From Clostridia bacterium (lineage in GTDB: Bacteria > Bacillota > Clostridia > Christensenellales > UBA1242): a DNA stretch of 53,260 nt. Below, one piece after another: positions 20,623-30,465 of this stretch. A model generated the notes under the pieces. That model was not told the DNA's origin. It ran no database searches and worked only from the letters and a program-made list of their open reading frames with translations. Numbering within the stretch: position 1 is the stretch's first letter; the number at the start of each line of letters is the position of its first letter. The position numbers and the translations under genes were made by a program. The DNA is taken from the NCBI GenBank assembly GCA_017523305.1, contig JAFWWV010000071.1:1-53260 (forward strand). Direction: 5' to 3'.

Positions 20623-20802
20623 TTTTTTCTAGTCCTTTAACAATAGTTTTTAAATACTTTTATATTGTATATGTTTTGTAAAAAAAATAAAAATAAACTT
20701 TTAAAGTTTTTTGTGTTTTTCCTTAAAAGTTTATTTTTTTTACATTTTATTGAGCTTTGTTTTTTTTTGTTAAAAAGTGGTTAAGTAACTTTTTTACATA
20801 TA

Positions 20803-21366
20803 TTATTTTACTGATTTTGTGCCATAAAATCCGTTATAAACTGATTTGCTTTCGTTAACAGAAATAAATGCTTTTTCATCTTTTTCGTCAATAAGTGCTT
20901 TTAATTTTTCAAGTTTATCTGAATCTGTTTCAACAAAAATCATATATGTTTCAGTGTTCTTTTTTGCACCTTTTGCTGTGATAATTGTTTGGCCATAACC
21001 ATTTTCAGTTAAAGCTTCAACAAGTTCGTCATTTTTTGAACTAAGTACAATTTGAACGTGAATTTTTGATTTAACAAACTTCTTTGATAATAATCCACCA
21101 AGGAAAGTTCCAAGTGCAAAACCAAGTGAGTAAGCTACAGCAAGTAATAATGTATCGCTTACTGGGTTAGTAATTACATAATCAAGTGCTGCTTTAACAA
21201 TTAAAAACCAAAAGAATGCTTCAATAAAGCCAATTGGGGCAGCAATTTGTGGTTTGCCTTTTACTGTAAAAACTGTTCTTATTGTTGCAAGGGCCATATC
21301 TACAATTCTGCCTAAAACAACAATAAAACATACTAAAATTAGGTCGAGTTCTGTTCCAAAAAACAT
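20803..21366 (-). CDS. UPF0316/DUF2179-family membrane protein
   Basis: N-terminal TM helices plus a C-terminal DUF2179-like domain. Start moved to the ATG at 21366, 10 nt after an AAGGAG RBS; the ORF track starts 25 codons upstream. Confidence 0.65.
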   Translation of the reverse strand: MFFGTELDLILVCFIVVLGRIVDMALATIRTVFTVKGKPQIAAPIGFIEAFFWFLIVKAALDYVITNPVSDTLLLAVAYSLGFALGTFLGGLLSKKFVKSKIHVQIVLSSKNDELVEALTENGYGQTIITAKGAKKNTETYMIFVETDSDKLEKLKALIDEKDEKAFISVNESKSVYNGFYGTKSVK

Positions 21367-21536
21367 AAATAAATTACTCCTTTTTTCTTGTGTATAAATT
21401 GAATTTAAAATAAAAAAAATACATTTATTTATAACCCACAAATAAAAAAAAGTAAAGGAAAGTAGGGTAGTTAAAAATTAAAAAAGAAAAAATTTAAAAA
21501 TATAAAAATTTTTATTGTAAAATACAAATTTTTTGC

Positions 21537-21565
21537 TTGATATTTTTAGGTTTTATATATAATAT
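21537..21565 (+). promoter_or_regulatory. sigma-A type promoter of the V-ATPase operon
   Basis: TTGATA, 17 nt spacer, TAATAT. Confidence 0.45.
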
Positions 21566-21662
21566 AAATACATAGTTTATTTGTGAAAGTTTGCGCTTTT
21601 TAGTATTTTTTTTACCATAAAAAGCCCAAAGTTTTTTAAAAGTATTGTTTTTAAGGAGTGCT

Positions 21663-21968
21663 ATGAAAAATAAAATTATTGAATCTATTTTGAAAGCAGA
21701 AGCCGAAGCTGATAAAAAAATAGTTGAAGCAAGAGAAGAAAGTATAAAAATAATTGCTAAAGCTGAAACTCAAGCAGAAAAAATTAAAAACGACGCTTTA
21801 GAAAACTCAAAAAAATATTTAAAAACAAAAATTTTGGAAGCAGAAAATAAAGCAGAAGAAGATTTTAAATCAATGCTTGAAACTTACGAAGCAAATGCTA
21901 ATGAAATAGAAATTAAAGCAAAACAAAATTTTGAAAAGGCAATTAAAATAATAAATAAAGGGATTTAA
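21663..21968 (+). CDS. V-type ATPase small peripheral-stalk subunit (G/H-like)
   Basis: A 101-aa, A/E/K-rich single helix, first gene of the operon. The ATG at 21663 follows AAGGAG; the ORF-track TTG at 21645 is unlikely. Confidence 0.6.
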   Translation: MKNKIIESILKAEAEADKKIVEAREESIKIIAKAETQAEKIKNDALENSKKYLKTKILEAENKAEEDFKSMLETYEANANEIEIKAKQNFEKAIKIINKGI

Positions 21969-21980
21969 GGTAAAAACACA

Positions 21981-23918
21981 ATGGCAATAGTTGAAATGCT
22001 AAAACTAAAACTATATGGCGCCAATGCTGATAAACAAAAAGTCTTAGACGGATTGTTTCAAACCAGGTTGGTTCAACTAAAAGATGTTGAAGATATAGAC
22101 AACACCAGTGTTTTTTTTAACGACCAAAATTATACAAACCTTGATCAAAAACGTGCAAAACTTGAAAAAGCAATTACTTTAATTGAAGATAAACTTGATC
22201 AACAACCTAAAAAAGAAAAACAAAAATATGACCCTATAGTTGATGTTTCAACTCAAGAGTTTGAAGAAATTGTAAACCAAAAAGATAAACTCAATTTGGT
22301 TTTAGAGCAAATAGAAGAGTTGTTAAATCTTCAAGCAGATATTAAAAAAGAAAAAACAAATTTACAAAATAAAATAAATCAACTTTTACCATTTAGTGAA
22401 GTTAAAGAAAATTTTAGTGATTTTAAAAATACAAAACATACAACTATTTTACTTGGAACAATACCATCTACATCACTTAAAACTTTCGACCAATATTTAG
22501 AAGAAGAGTGTACTCTTACTACATACGAAGTTGTGGGTAATGAAGCAAATATTATTAAATTGTTTTCACACAACGCCGAAAGTGTAAAAGTTATAAAAAA
22601 ATTAAACGAACTTGGTTTTGTTAAAGTAAATATTGAAATTGATTCAACTGCAAGTGAAACTATTTTTGAGTGCGAAAAAGAGTTAAAAGAATGTGAAAAA
22701 AAGGAAGTTGAAGTTTCAAATAAATTTTTAAATTTTAAAGAATATTTAGCAGACCTTAAAGTTATGCATGATTATTTAAAATTCTGTATGGCTAAAGAAG
22801 ATGCTGAAAATAAATTTAGATGTACTTCACAAGCCTTTGTGTTAGAAGCATATTTACCAAAAGATAAAAAAGAAAAGGTAGATAAAAAACTTCAAAAGGT
22901 TAGTGACAGCATTGAATATGAATTTGTTGAACCAGAAAAAGACGAAATTCCACCAACTATTACTAAAAATAATAAAGTAATTAGTCAGTTTGAATTTGTT
23001 ACAAATATGTATTCAGCCCCACATTACCGTGAGTTAGACCCTAACGCTTGGATAGCATTATTCTTCTCAATTTTCTTTGGTTTTGTTATGGCTGATATTG
23101 GTTACGGTTTATGTTTAATAGCATTTGGTTTTATAATGGCTTTAAAACAAAAACGTGCAACGGGCTTTAAAAAATTAATGAACGTTGTAGGTATTGGGGG
23201 AATATTTACGGTTATATTTGGTATTCTGTTTGGTTCCTTCTTTGGTGTAGGTCACGACACATGGTCATTTATTCCACCTGCAGTTATGCCAGACCCAGTT
23301 AACAATGTTATAACTTTACTTGCTGCTTGTTTAGGCGCAGGTGTTGTTCAAATTATGGTTTCGTTTTTATTAAAAGGTATTTTACTTATTAAACGCAAAC
23401 AAGTTGGCGCTGCAATTTTTACTGCTTTTATGTGGGATTTTTTCTTTGTAGGACTAATTCTTTTTGTATTAGAATTTGCAGGTATTTTTATAGGTCTTGG
23501 TACAATTGGTATTTATATTGCTGTAGGTAGTGTATCTATAAGTCTAATTGGTATTGCTTGTATTAATAAAGGTTTTGATAGATTTACAAAAGCGTTTGGT
23601 TCGCTTTATGGTATTATTAACATTGCTTCAGATATTTTAAGTTACGCAAGACTTTTTGGTTTAATGCTTAGTGGTGCTATTATCGGTTCTATTTTTAACG
23701 ATTTAGCTGCAGGATTTTTAACTAGTCCTATAACATTTATTATAGGTGCTGTAATTTTAATTGTTGGTCATTCCTTCAACATTGCTATGGGTGCTCTTGG
23801 TGGGTATATTCACGTAGCAAGACTTCAATATATTGAGTTCTTCTCAAGATTTTATGAAGGGGAGGGTGAATTGTTTGTTCCGTTTGGTACAGATTTTTCT
23901 TATGTTAACCTAATTTAG
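21981..23918 (+). CDS. ntpI: V-type ATPase subunit I (membrane a-subunit)
   Basis: Soluble coiled N-terminal half plus a polytopic C-terminal half containing LSYARLFGLML. Operon position. Confidence 0.88.
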   Translation: MAIVEMLKLKLYGANADKQKVLDGLFQTRLVQLKDVEDIDNTSVFFNDQNYTNLDQKRAKLEKAITLIEDKLDQQPKKEKQKYDPIVDVSTQEFEEIVNQKDKLNLVLEQIEELLNLQADIKKEKTNLQNKINQLLPFSEVKENFSDFKNTKHTTILLGTIPSTSLKTFDQYLEEECTLTTYEVVGNEANIIKLFSHNAESVKVIKKLNELGFVKVNIEIDSTASETIFECEKELKECEKKEVEVSNKFLNFKEYLADLKVMHDYLKFCMAKEDAENKFRCTSQAFVLEAYLPKDKKEKVDKKLQKVSDSIEYEFVEPEKDEIPPTITKNNKVISQFEFVTNMYSAPHYRELDPNAWIALFFSIFFGFVMADIGYGLCLIAFGFIMALKQKRATGFKKLMNVVGIGGIFTVIFGILFGSFFGVGHDTWSFIPPAVMPDPVNNVITLLAACLGAGVVQIMVSFLLKGILLIKRKQVGAAIFTAFMWDFFFVGLILFVLEFAGIFIGLGTIGIYIAVGSVSISLIGIACINKGFDRFTKAFGSLYGIINIASDILSYARLFGLMLSGAIIGSIFNDLAAGFLTSPITFIIGAVILIVGHSFNIAMGALGGYIHVARLQYIEFFSRFYEGEGELFVPFGTDFSYVNLI

Positions 23919-23956
23919 TTTAATAAATAATTTTAAGGAGGATAAAAAAAATTATT

Positions 23957-24400
23957 ATGAATTTAGGAAGTGTTATTGGTTTATTTGGTGTTGCTCTTTG
24001 TGTTTTTCTTTGTGGTATGGGCTCAGCTATTGCTCTTAAAAAGACTGGTCAAGCTGCTGCTGGTATCTTATCAGAAGACCCAAAGAAATTTAGTAAAGCT
24101 TTAGTATTGGTTGTTCTTCCAGCTACTCAAGGTATTTACGGTTTTGTTTTTGGTATTATTGGTATGGATAGTGCACTTGCTGCTACAACAGTTTTTGAAG
24201 GTTTACAAGTTCTTTTAGCTGCTTTACCTTTAGCTATTGTTGGTTATGTTTCAGCTATTCAACAAGGTTCTACTGCTGTTAGTTGTATCCATGCTGTTGC
24301 TAAAAAAGAAAGTTTATCAGGTAAACTTATTTTATTCCCAGCTATGGTTGAAACATATGCTATTTTAGCTCTTGTTATTTCACTTTTATTAATTGCTTAA
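23957..24400 (+). CDS. ntpK: V-type ATPase proteolipid subunit K
   Basis: Four-helix c-subunit with LPATQGIYGF, AIQQG and PAMVETYAIL motifs, matching Enterococcus hirae NtpK. Confidence 0.9.
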   Translation: MNLGSVIGLFGVALCVFLCGMGSAIALKKTGQAAAGILSEDPKKFSKALVLVVLPATQGIYGFVFGIIGMDSALAATTVFEGLQVLLAALPLAIVGYVSAIQQGSTAVSCIHAVAKKESLSGKLILFPAMVETYAILALVISLLLIA

Positions 24401-24511
24401 TTTTTATAAAAGAGAAAAAAATAAACAAAAAAAATATATAAAAAACTTAAAAAAATTTGTTTTTAAAACAGATTTTACTTTTTACACAACTTTAAAAGGA
24501 AAACTTAACTT

Positions 24512-25075
24512 ATGCAAGGTCAAGCTATTGTAAATAGAATTTTACTTGATGCACAAGAAAAAGCTAAAGAAATTATTGAAACAGCTGAACTTAAAGCAAG
24601 CGAAATTTTAGCTGACGCTAAAGAGTTTGAACAAACAAAACAAACTAAAGCTGAAGAAAAAGCGCAAGAAAAAGCAAGTGAAATTGCTGAAAGAAATAAC
24701 ACTTTAGCAAAAATTGAAGGCAGAAAGATTATTTTAAATAAAAAACAAAACATATTAAAGGACTTAAAACAACAAGCCCTTGATGTTTTGTTGCAATTAG
24801 AAAAACCAAAAATGTTAGAACTAGTTGAAAAACTTTTAAAGAAAAACGCCGAAAAAAATGAAACTTTATTTGTTAACATTAAAGGCTTAACTAATAAAGA
24901 TATTGAAGGTTTAGAAGTTGTTAAAAAGTTAGGTTTAAATGTAAGTAAAGCAGAGTTTGACTCTGTAGGACTTGTTTTATCAAACGATAGTTGTGATAAA
25001 AACTTGTTGTTTGAAGATTTAATTTCAGCTTCTTTTAGTGAAGTAGAAGATGAAGTTAACGCAATTTTATTCTAA
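24512..25075 (+). CDS. ntpE: V-type ATPase subunit E
   Basis: 187 aa with a long N-terminal A/E/K helix and a globular C-terminus. Operon position. Confidence 0.8.
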   Translation: MQGQAIVNRILLDAQEKAKEIIETAELKASEILADAKEFEQTKQTKAEEKAQEKASEIAERNNTLAKIEGRKIILNKKQNILKDLKQQALDVLLQLEKPKMLELVEKLLKKNAEKNETLFVNIKGLTNKDIEGLEVVKKLGLNVSKAEFDSVGLVLSNDSCDKNLLFEDLISASFSEVEDEVNAILF

Positions 25076-25113
25076 AAAAAAATTAAAAATTTAAAAGAAA
25101 AGGAGAGAAAAAA

Positions 25114-26091
25114 GTGACTAAAAATATTTTGTATGCAAACAGTGTTGTTGCAGCACTTTCAAATAGTTTAATTACAAAAGAGTGCTTAAACCGTTTAGTT
25201 GAAGCGCAAAACGCAAAAACAGCACTTGCTACTTTGCAAGAAACAAACTTTGGTTCTGGCGTAAGCATTGATTCTCCTTTTGAAATAGAAACTTTACTTA
25301 ATTTTGAAACTAAAAAACTTTTAAAGTTTATAACTCAAGAAACACCTTCAACTGCACTTGAACAATATTTCTTACTTCAATATGACTACAACAATATTGC
25401 AAGTTTTTGTAAAGGGTTGTTGTTAGAGCAAGATACCACTGATTTTGTTCAAGCAGAAGGTAATTATGACTGGGTTAAAATTAAAGACTTAATTAGTTCT
25501 AAAAACTTTAAAGATTTTAATAACTCTTATATTGAAAAAGCGTTAAACGAGTTTCAAGATTATGTTGGTAAAAAAGAAGTTAATGGTTATGAAGTAGACT
25601 TTTTATTTAAAAAGTATATGTTCGAAAACCTAAAAGACATTGTAAAAAAAGATAAACTTCTTGCTGAAATTGTTTCTCTTAAAATTGATATTGAAAACAT
25701 TTCAGTTGCAATGCGTTCTTCAACTCAATACACAATGGACGCTCAAAAACTTAAAAATGCAACATTAAGTAATGCAGTTTTACTTAAAATATTTAACAAA
25801 GATAGTTCTGTTTTAAGTGAAATAAAAAATCCAATTTTACAAAAATTTGCAAAACTTGCTTTAAGTAACGAAACAGAAAATAGTTATGTAAAGTTTGAAG
25901 TTTTAAAAAATAGTTTTATTTTTGACTGTTTAAAACCAAAAAAATTTGATGTAAACACTATAGCCCCATTTGCTTATTATTGCTTTCAAAAGGAAAGTGA
26001 AATTAAAAATATAAGACTTATAATGTCTTATCAATGCAATAATTTAAAAGATAAAATCAAAGAAAGATTTTTGGAGTATTATGGTGGATAG
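25114..26091 (+). CDS. ntpC: V-type ATPase subunit C (d-type)
   Basis: 325 aa, with operon position between E and F. GTG start after AAAGGAGAG. Confidence 0.75.
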   Translation: MTKNILYANSVVAALSNSLITKECLNRLVEAQNAKTALATLQETNFGSGVSIDSPFEIETLLNFETKKLLKFITQETPSTALEQYFLLQYDYNNIASFCKGLLLEQDTTDFVQAEGNYDWVKIKDLISSKNFKDFNNSYIEKALNEFQDYVGKKEVNGYEVDFLFKKYMFENLKDIVKKDKLLAEIVSLKIDIENISVAMRSSTQYTMDAQKLKNATLSNAVLLKIFNKDSSVLSEIKNPILQKFAKLALSNETENSYVKFEVLKNSFIFDCLKPKKFDVNTIAPFAYYCFQKESEIKNIRLIMSYQCNNLKDKIKERFLEYYGG

Positions 26092-26413
26092 TAGTGATAA
26101 AATAGCCGTTATTGGTAGCAAAGATAGTGTTTTGGTTTTTAAAGCAGTAGGGTGTGATGTTTTTGGCGTAGATAGCGAACATAAAACTCGTGTAGCCCTA
26201 AATAAAGCAATTAGTCAGTATAAAATGATTTTAATTACTGACGACTATGCAAAATATGTTGAAGATATAATTTCCGACACAAAAACAACTGCTTATCCTG
26301 TTGTATTGGTAATTCCAAGTGGAACAAGGAAAAGCAATTATGCATTAAACAAAATTAACGAAGATGTTGAAAAAGCCTTAGGCGTTAACATTTTAAAAAA
26401 TAATAAGGAGTAA
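26081..26413 (+). CDS. V-type ATPase subunit F
   Basis: 110 aa, starting [18 protein letters not shown]. Lies immediately upstream of the A subunit. Confidence 0.8.
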   Translation: MVDSSDKIAVIGSKDSVLVFKAVGCDVFGVDSEHKTRVALNKAISQYKMILITDDYAKYVEDIISDTKTTAYPVVLVIPSGTRKSNYALNKINEDVEKALGVNILKNNKE

Positions 26414-26420
26414 GAAAACA

Positions 26421-28190
26421 ATGGAAGGAAAGGTAGTTAAAGTAGCTGGCCCACTTATTGTGGTTGAAAATATGCAAGACGCTAAAATGTTTGATGTTGT
26501 GCGTATTGGTTCAAAAGGTCTTGTTGGCGAAATAATTGAAATGCGTGGCGACAAAGCATCAGTTCAAGTTTATGAAGAAACTGGTGGTTTAGGACCTGGC
26601 GATAAAGTTGTTTCTACTAACGAACCACTTTCTGTTGAACTTGCACCTGGTCTTATTGAAAGTATTTTTGATGGTATTCAAAGACCTTTAAACAGAATTC
26701 AAGAAAAATATGGCGACAAAATTTCAAGGGGTATTGAAATTAATAACCTAGACCACGAAAGAATTTGGCACTTTTATCCAACTGCTAAAGTTGGTCAAGA
26801 AGTTAGTGCTGGTGACGAACTTGGTTATGTTGACGAAACTGTTGCTGTTAAACACAAAATTTTAGTACCATTTGGTGTTAGTGGTGTAGTTGAGTCTTTA
26901 GAAGAAGGCGACTATAACATTACACAAGTTATTGGTACAATTAAAACAAATAAAAACAAAAAAGTTGAAGTTAAAATGCTTCAAAAATGGCCTGTTAGAA
27001 AGGGCAGACCTTACTATAAAAAATTAACACCTGATCAACCTATGGTTACTGGTCAAAGGGTTATTGATGCACTATTCCCAATTGCTAGGGGTGGTGTTGC
27101 TGCTGTTCCTGGTCCTTTTGGTAGTGGTAAAACTGTTGTTCAACACCAACTTGCTAAATGGGCTGACGCAGATATTATTGTTTATGTTGGCTGTGGTGAA
27201 AGGGGTAACGAAATGACTGACGTTTTAAACGAGTTTCCAAACCTACTTGACCCAAAAACAAAACAACCTTTAATGAAAAGAACTGTACTTATTGCAAACA
27301 CTTCAGATATGCCTGTTGCTGCTGGAGAAGCATCAATTTATACAGGTATAACTATTGCAGAGTACTTTAGAGATATGGGCTACAATGTAGCTATTATGGC
27401 TGACTCAACTTCTCGTTGGGCTGAAGCACTAAGAGAAATGAGTGGCCGTCTTGAAGAAATGCCTGGTGAAGAAGGTTACCCTGCATATCTATCTAGCCGT
27501 TTAGCAGAGTTTTATGAAAGAGCTGGTATTGTTAAAACTCTTTCTAGCGATAAAAAGCGTGTAGGTTCTGTTACTGCTATTGGTGCTGTTTCACCTCCTG
27601 GTGGCGATATGTCAGAACCTGTTAGCCAAGCAACTTTAAGAATTGTTAAAGTTTTCTGGGGTTTAAGTTATAGTTTAGCTTATAAAAGACATTTCCCAGC
27701 AATTGACTGGCTTGTAAGTTACTCACTTTATGCTGATAAACTTAAAGATTGGTATAGCGATAACGTTTCAAGCAAATTTAACGATTTAAAACAATTTGTT
27801 TCTACCATTTTACAAGAAGAAAATGAACTTTTAGAAATTGTTAGACTTGTTGGTTCCGATTCACTTTCTTATGAAGATAGAATTACTATGGAAACAGCAA
27901 AAATGATTAGGGAAGACTTTTTACACCAAAATGCTTTCCACGAAGTTGATACATATACTTCAATTCAAAAACAATTTAAAATGTTAGAACTTATTTATAA
28001 TTACCACCACTTATCAAACGAGTTTTTATCTCAAGGTGTGGGTATTAAAGAAATTTTAGATTTAAAAACTAAAGAAAAAATTAGCAGATCAAAATTTATT
28101 GAAGAAAGTGAAATTCACGAATTTGATAATATTTTAAAAGAAATGAACAAAGAATTTAAAGCTTTAAGAAGCGAAGGTGAGGAGGTCTAA
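26421..28190 (+). CDS. ntpA: V-type ATPase catalytic subunit A
   Basis: Walker [40 protein letters not shown], and [12 protein letters not shown]. Confidence 0.97.
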   Translation: MEGKVVKVAGPLIVVENMQDAKMFDVVRIGSKGLVGEIIEMRGDKASVQVYEETGGLGPGDKVVSTNEPLSVELAPGLIESIFDGIQRPLNRIQEKYGDKISRGIEINNLDHERIWHFYPTAKVGQEVSAGDELGYVDETVAVKHKILVPFGVSGVVESLEEGDYNITQVIGTIKTNKNKKVEVKMLQKWPVRKGRPYYKKLTPDQPMVTGQRVIDALFPIARGGVAAVPGPFGSGKTVVQHQLAKWADADIIVYVGCGERGNEMTDVLNEFPNLLDPKTKQPLMKRTVLIANTSDMPVAAGEASIYTGITIAEYFRDMGYNVAIMADSTSRWAEALREMSGRLEEMPGEEGYPAYLSSRLAEFYERAGIVKTLSSDKKRVGSVTAIGAVSPPGGDMSEPVSQATLRIVKVFWGLSYSLAYKRHFPAIDWLVSYSLYADKLKDWYSDNVSSKFNDLKQFVSTILQEENELLEIVRLVGSDSLSYEDRITMETAKMIREDFLHQNAFHEVDTYTSIQKQFKMLELIYNYHHLSNEFLSQGVGIKEILDLKTKEKISRSKFIEESEIHEFDNILKEMNKEFKALRSEGEEV

Positions 28191-28198
28191 AAACAAAA

Positions 28199-29584
28199 AT
28201 GATAAAAGAATATAAAACTATCAAAGAAGTTGTTGGACCTTTGATGCTTGTTGAAAATGTAGAAAATGTAAAGTACGACGAACTTGTTGAAATTGTTCAA
28301 TCAAACGGCGAAATTAGACGTGGTAAAGTTCTTGAAATCAACGGCGACAAAGCTTTAGTTCAATTATTTGAAAGTTCTCACGGGTTAGAAATTTCTACTG
28401 CAAAAGCAAGGTTTTTAGGTAGAAGTTTACAACTTGGTGTTTCAGAAGATATGTTAGGTAGGGTATTTGATGGCCTTGGTTCTCCAAGAGATGATGGTGC
28501 TCCTATTATTCCTACAAAGCGTATGGATATTAACGGCGAACCTATTAACCCTTCAGCTAGAGATTATCCTAACGAGTTTATTCAAACAGGTATTTCTGCT
28601 ATCGACGGACTTAATACTCTTGTTCGTGGTCAAAAACTTCCTGTGTTTTCTATGAACGGTTTACCACACGCAAACTTGGCCGCACAAATTGCTCACCAAG
28701 CAAAAGTTTTAGGTAAAGACGATAAATTTGCTGTTGTTTTCTGTGCTATTGGTATTACCTTTGAAGAAGCAGAATTCTTTATGGAAGACTTTAAGAAAAC
28801 AGGCGCTATTGAAAGGTCTGTTATGTTTATTAACCTTGCAAACGACCCTGCTATTGAAAGAATTGCAACTCCAAGAATGGCTTTAACTTGCGCTGAATAC
28901 TTGGCTTTTGACCTAGGTATGCACGTTCTTGTTATTATGACAGATATTACAAACTACGCTGAAGCTTTAAGAGAAGTTTCTGCCGCAAGAAAAGAAGTTC
29001 CAGGCAGAAGGGGTTATCCAGGTTATATGTATACTGACTTGGCTTCACTTTATGAAAGGGCTGGTCGTATTAAAGGCAAAAACGGTTCTATTACTCAAAT
29101 ACCTATTCTTACTATGCCTGAAGATGATAAAACACACCCAATTCCAGACTTAACTGGTTATATTACTGAAGGTCAAATTTTACTTTCAAGAGAATTGTAT
29201 AAAAAAGGTATTAATCCACCTATTGATGTTTTACCATCACTTTCTCGTTTAAAAGATAAGGGTATTGGTAAAGGCAAAACTAGAGAAGACCATAGTGACA
29301 CTATGAACCAATTATTCTCAGCTTATGCTAGGGGTAAAGAAGCAAAAGAACTTGCTGCAATTTTAGGTGAATCAGCTTTAACCGAAAGCGATAAAATTTT
29401 TGCTAAGTTTGCAGGCGAGTTTGAAAAGAAATATATAAATCAAGGCTACGAATCAAACAGAAGTATTGAAGAAACCTTAAATATTGGTTGGGAATTACTT
29501 GAAATGCTACCTGTTAGTGAGTTAAAGAGAATTAGACTTGAATACATTACAAAATACTTAAAAAAAGAAGTTAAAGAAGATTAA
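28199..29584 (+). CDS. ntpB: V-type ATPase subunit B
   Basis: [42 protein letters not shown] and [13 protein letters not shown]. Confidence 0.97.
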   Translation: MIKEYKTIKEVVGPLMLVENVENVKYDELVEIVQSNGEIRRGKVLEINGDKALVQLFESSHGLEISTAKARFLGRSLQLGVSEDMLGRVFDGLGSPRDDGAPIIPTKRMDINGEPINPSARDYPNEFIQTGISAIDGLNTLVRGQKLPVFSMNGLPHANLAAQIAHQAKVLGKDDKFAVVFCAIGITFEEAEFFMEDFKKTGAIERSVMFINLANDPAIERIATPRMALTCAEYLAFDLGMHVLVIMTDITNYAEALREVSAARKEVPGRRGYPGYMYTDLASLYERAGRIKGKNGSITQIPILTMPEDDKTHPIPDLTGYITEGQILLSRELYKKGINPPIDVLPSLSRLKDKGIGKGKTREDHSDTMNQLFSAYARGKEAKELAAILGESALTESDKIFAKFAGEFEKKYINQGYESNRSIEETLNIGWELLEMLPVSELKRIRLEYITKYLKKEVKED

Positions 29585-29646
29585 TTTATCTTTTTTAACC
29601 TAAATAAAAAAAATAAAAGTCGATATAAAAAAGGAAAAGTTTTATT

Positions 29647-30279
29647 ATGGCAAGACTTAACGTTAACCCAACAAGAATGCAATTAAAAACCTTAAAGGGT
29701 AGACTTAAAATTGCAGTTAGGGGTCATAAATTATTAAAAGATAAAACTGATGAAATGATAAGAAGATTTTCGGTTTTAGTAAAACAAAACTATGCTTTAC
29801 GTGTTGAAACTGAAGACGAAATACGCAACCTTTTGCAACAATTTTGTATTTCAAAAGCATATTTATCTAGCCACGAAGTGTTGTCAATGTTTGCTTTTCC
29901 TGTATCATCTTTTATGGCGCATTTTGGCGAAAAATCAGTTATGAATGTTCCTACGCCTGAAATTGAATTAACTGAAATCTCTTCAACCGAACTACCATAT
30001 TCATTTGTTAACAGTAGTGCAGAAATGGATATTTTAGTACAAAAAATTAAAGATATTATGCCAAAAATTATGAAACTAGCAAGCGTTGAAAAAACTTGTC
30101 AGGTTTTGGCTGGTGAAATTGAACGAACAAAAAGGCGTGTAAATGCTCTTGAATTTGTTATGATTCCACAACTAAACGAAACAATTAAATATATTGCAAT
30201 GAAGATTGAAGAAAACGATAGGGCATCTCGTATAAGACTGATAAAAGTAAAATCTATGATTGAAGAAAGAAACTCTTAA
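29647..30279 (+). CDS. ntpD: V-type ATPase subunit D
   Basis: N-terminus NVNPTRMQLKTLKGRLKIAVRGHKLLKDK and C-terminal RRVNALE. Last gene of the operon. Confidence 0.9.
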   Translation: MARLNVNPTRMQLKTLKGRLKIAVRGHKLLKDKTDEMIRRFSVLVKQNYALRVETEDEIRNLLQQFCISKAYLSSHEVLSMFAFPVSSFMAHFGEKSVMNVPTPEIELTEISSTELPYSFVNSSAEMDILVQKIKDIMPKIMKLASVEKTCQVLAGEIERTKRRVNALEFVMIPQLNETIKYIAMKIEENDRASRIRLIKVKSMIEERNS

Positions 30280-30408
30280 ATTTTATTTAAGGGTTTTTTA
30301 TTTTTTTACTTAAAAATTTTATTGAATTTTTATGTAAAAACTATGGTTTTATTTTTTTAAAATATAAAAAATTTTGCTTAAAAATTTTAGCAAAAAATGT
30401 GTAAAAAG

Positions 30409-30437
30409 TTGACTTAATTATATACTATATATATACT
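30409..30437 (+). promoter_or_regulatory. sigma-A type promoter of the giant surface-protein gene
   Basis: TTGACT, 17 nt spacer, TATACT. Confidence 0.45.
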
Positions 30438-30465
30438 TTTAATAGTAGTTATAAAAGGTGGAGTT

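Noticed and set aside
21663-30279. The V-ATPase operon as an accessory or horizontally acquired module.
   Set aside because: Its composition, codon usage and gene order are uniform with the flanking genes, and no mobility genes are nearby. It is treated as the native ion pump.
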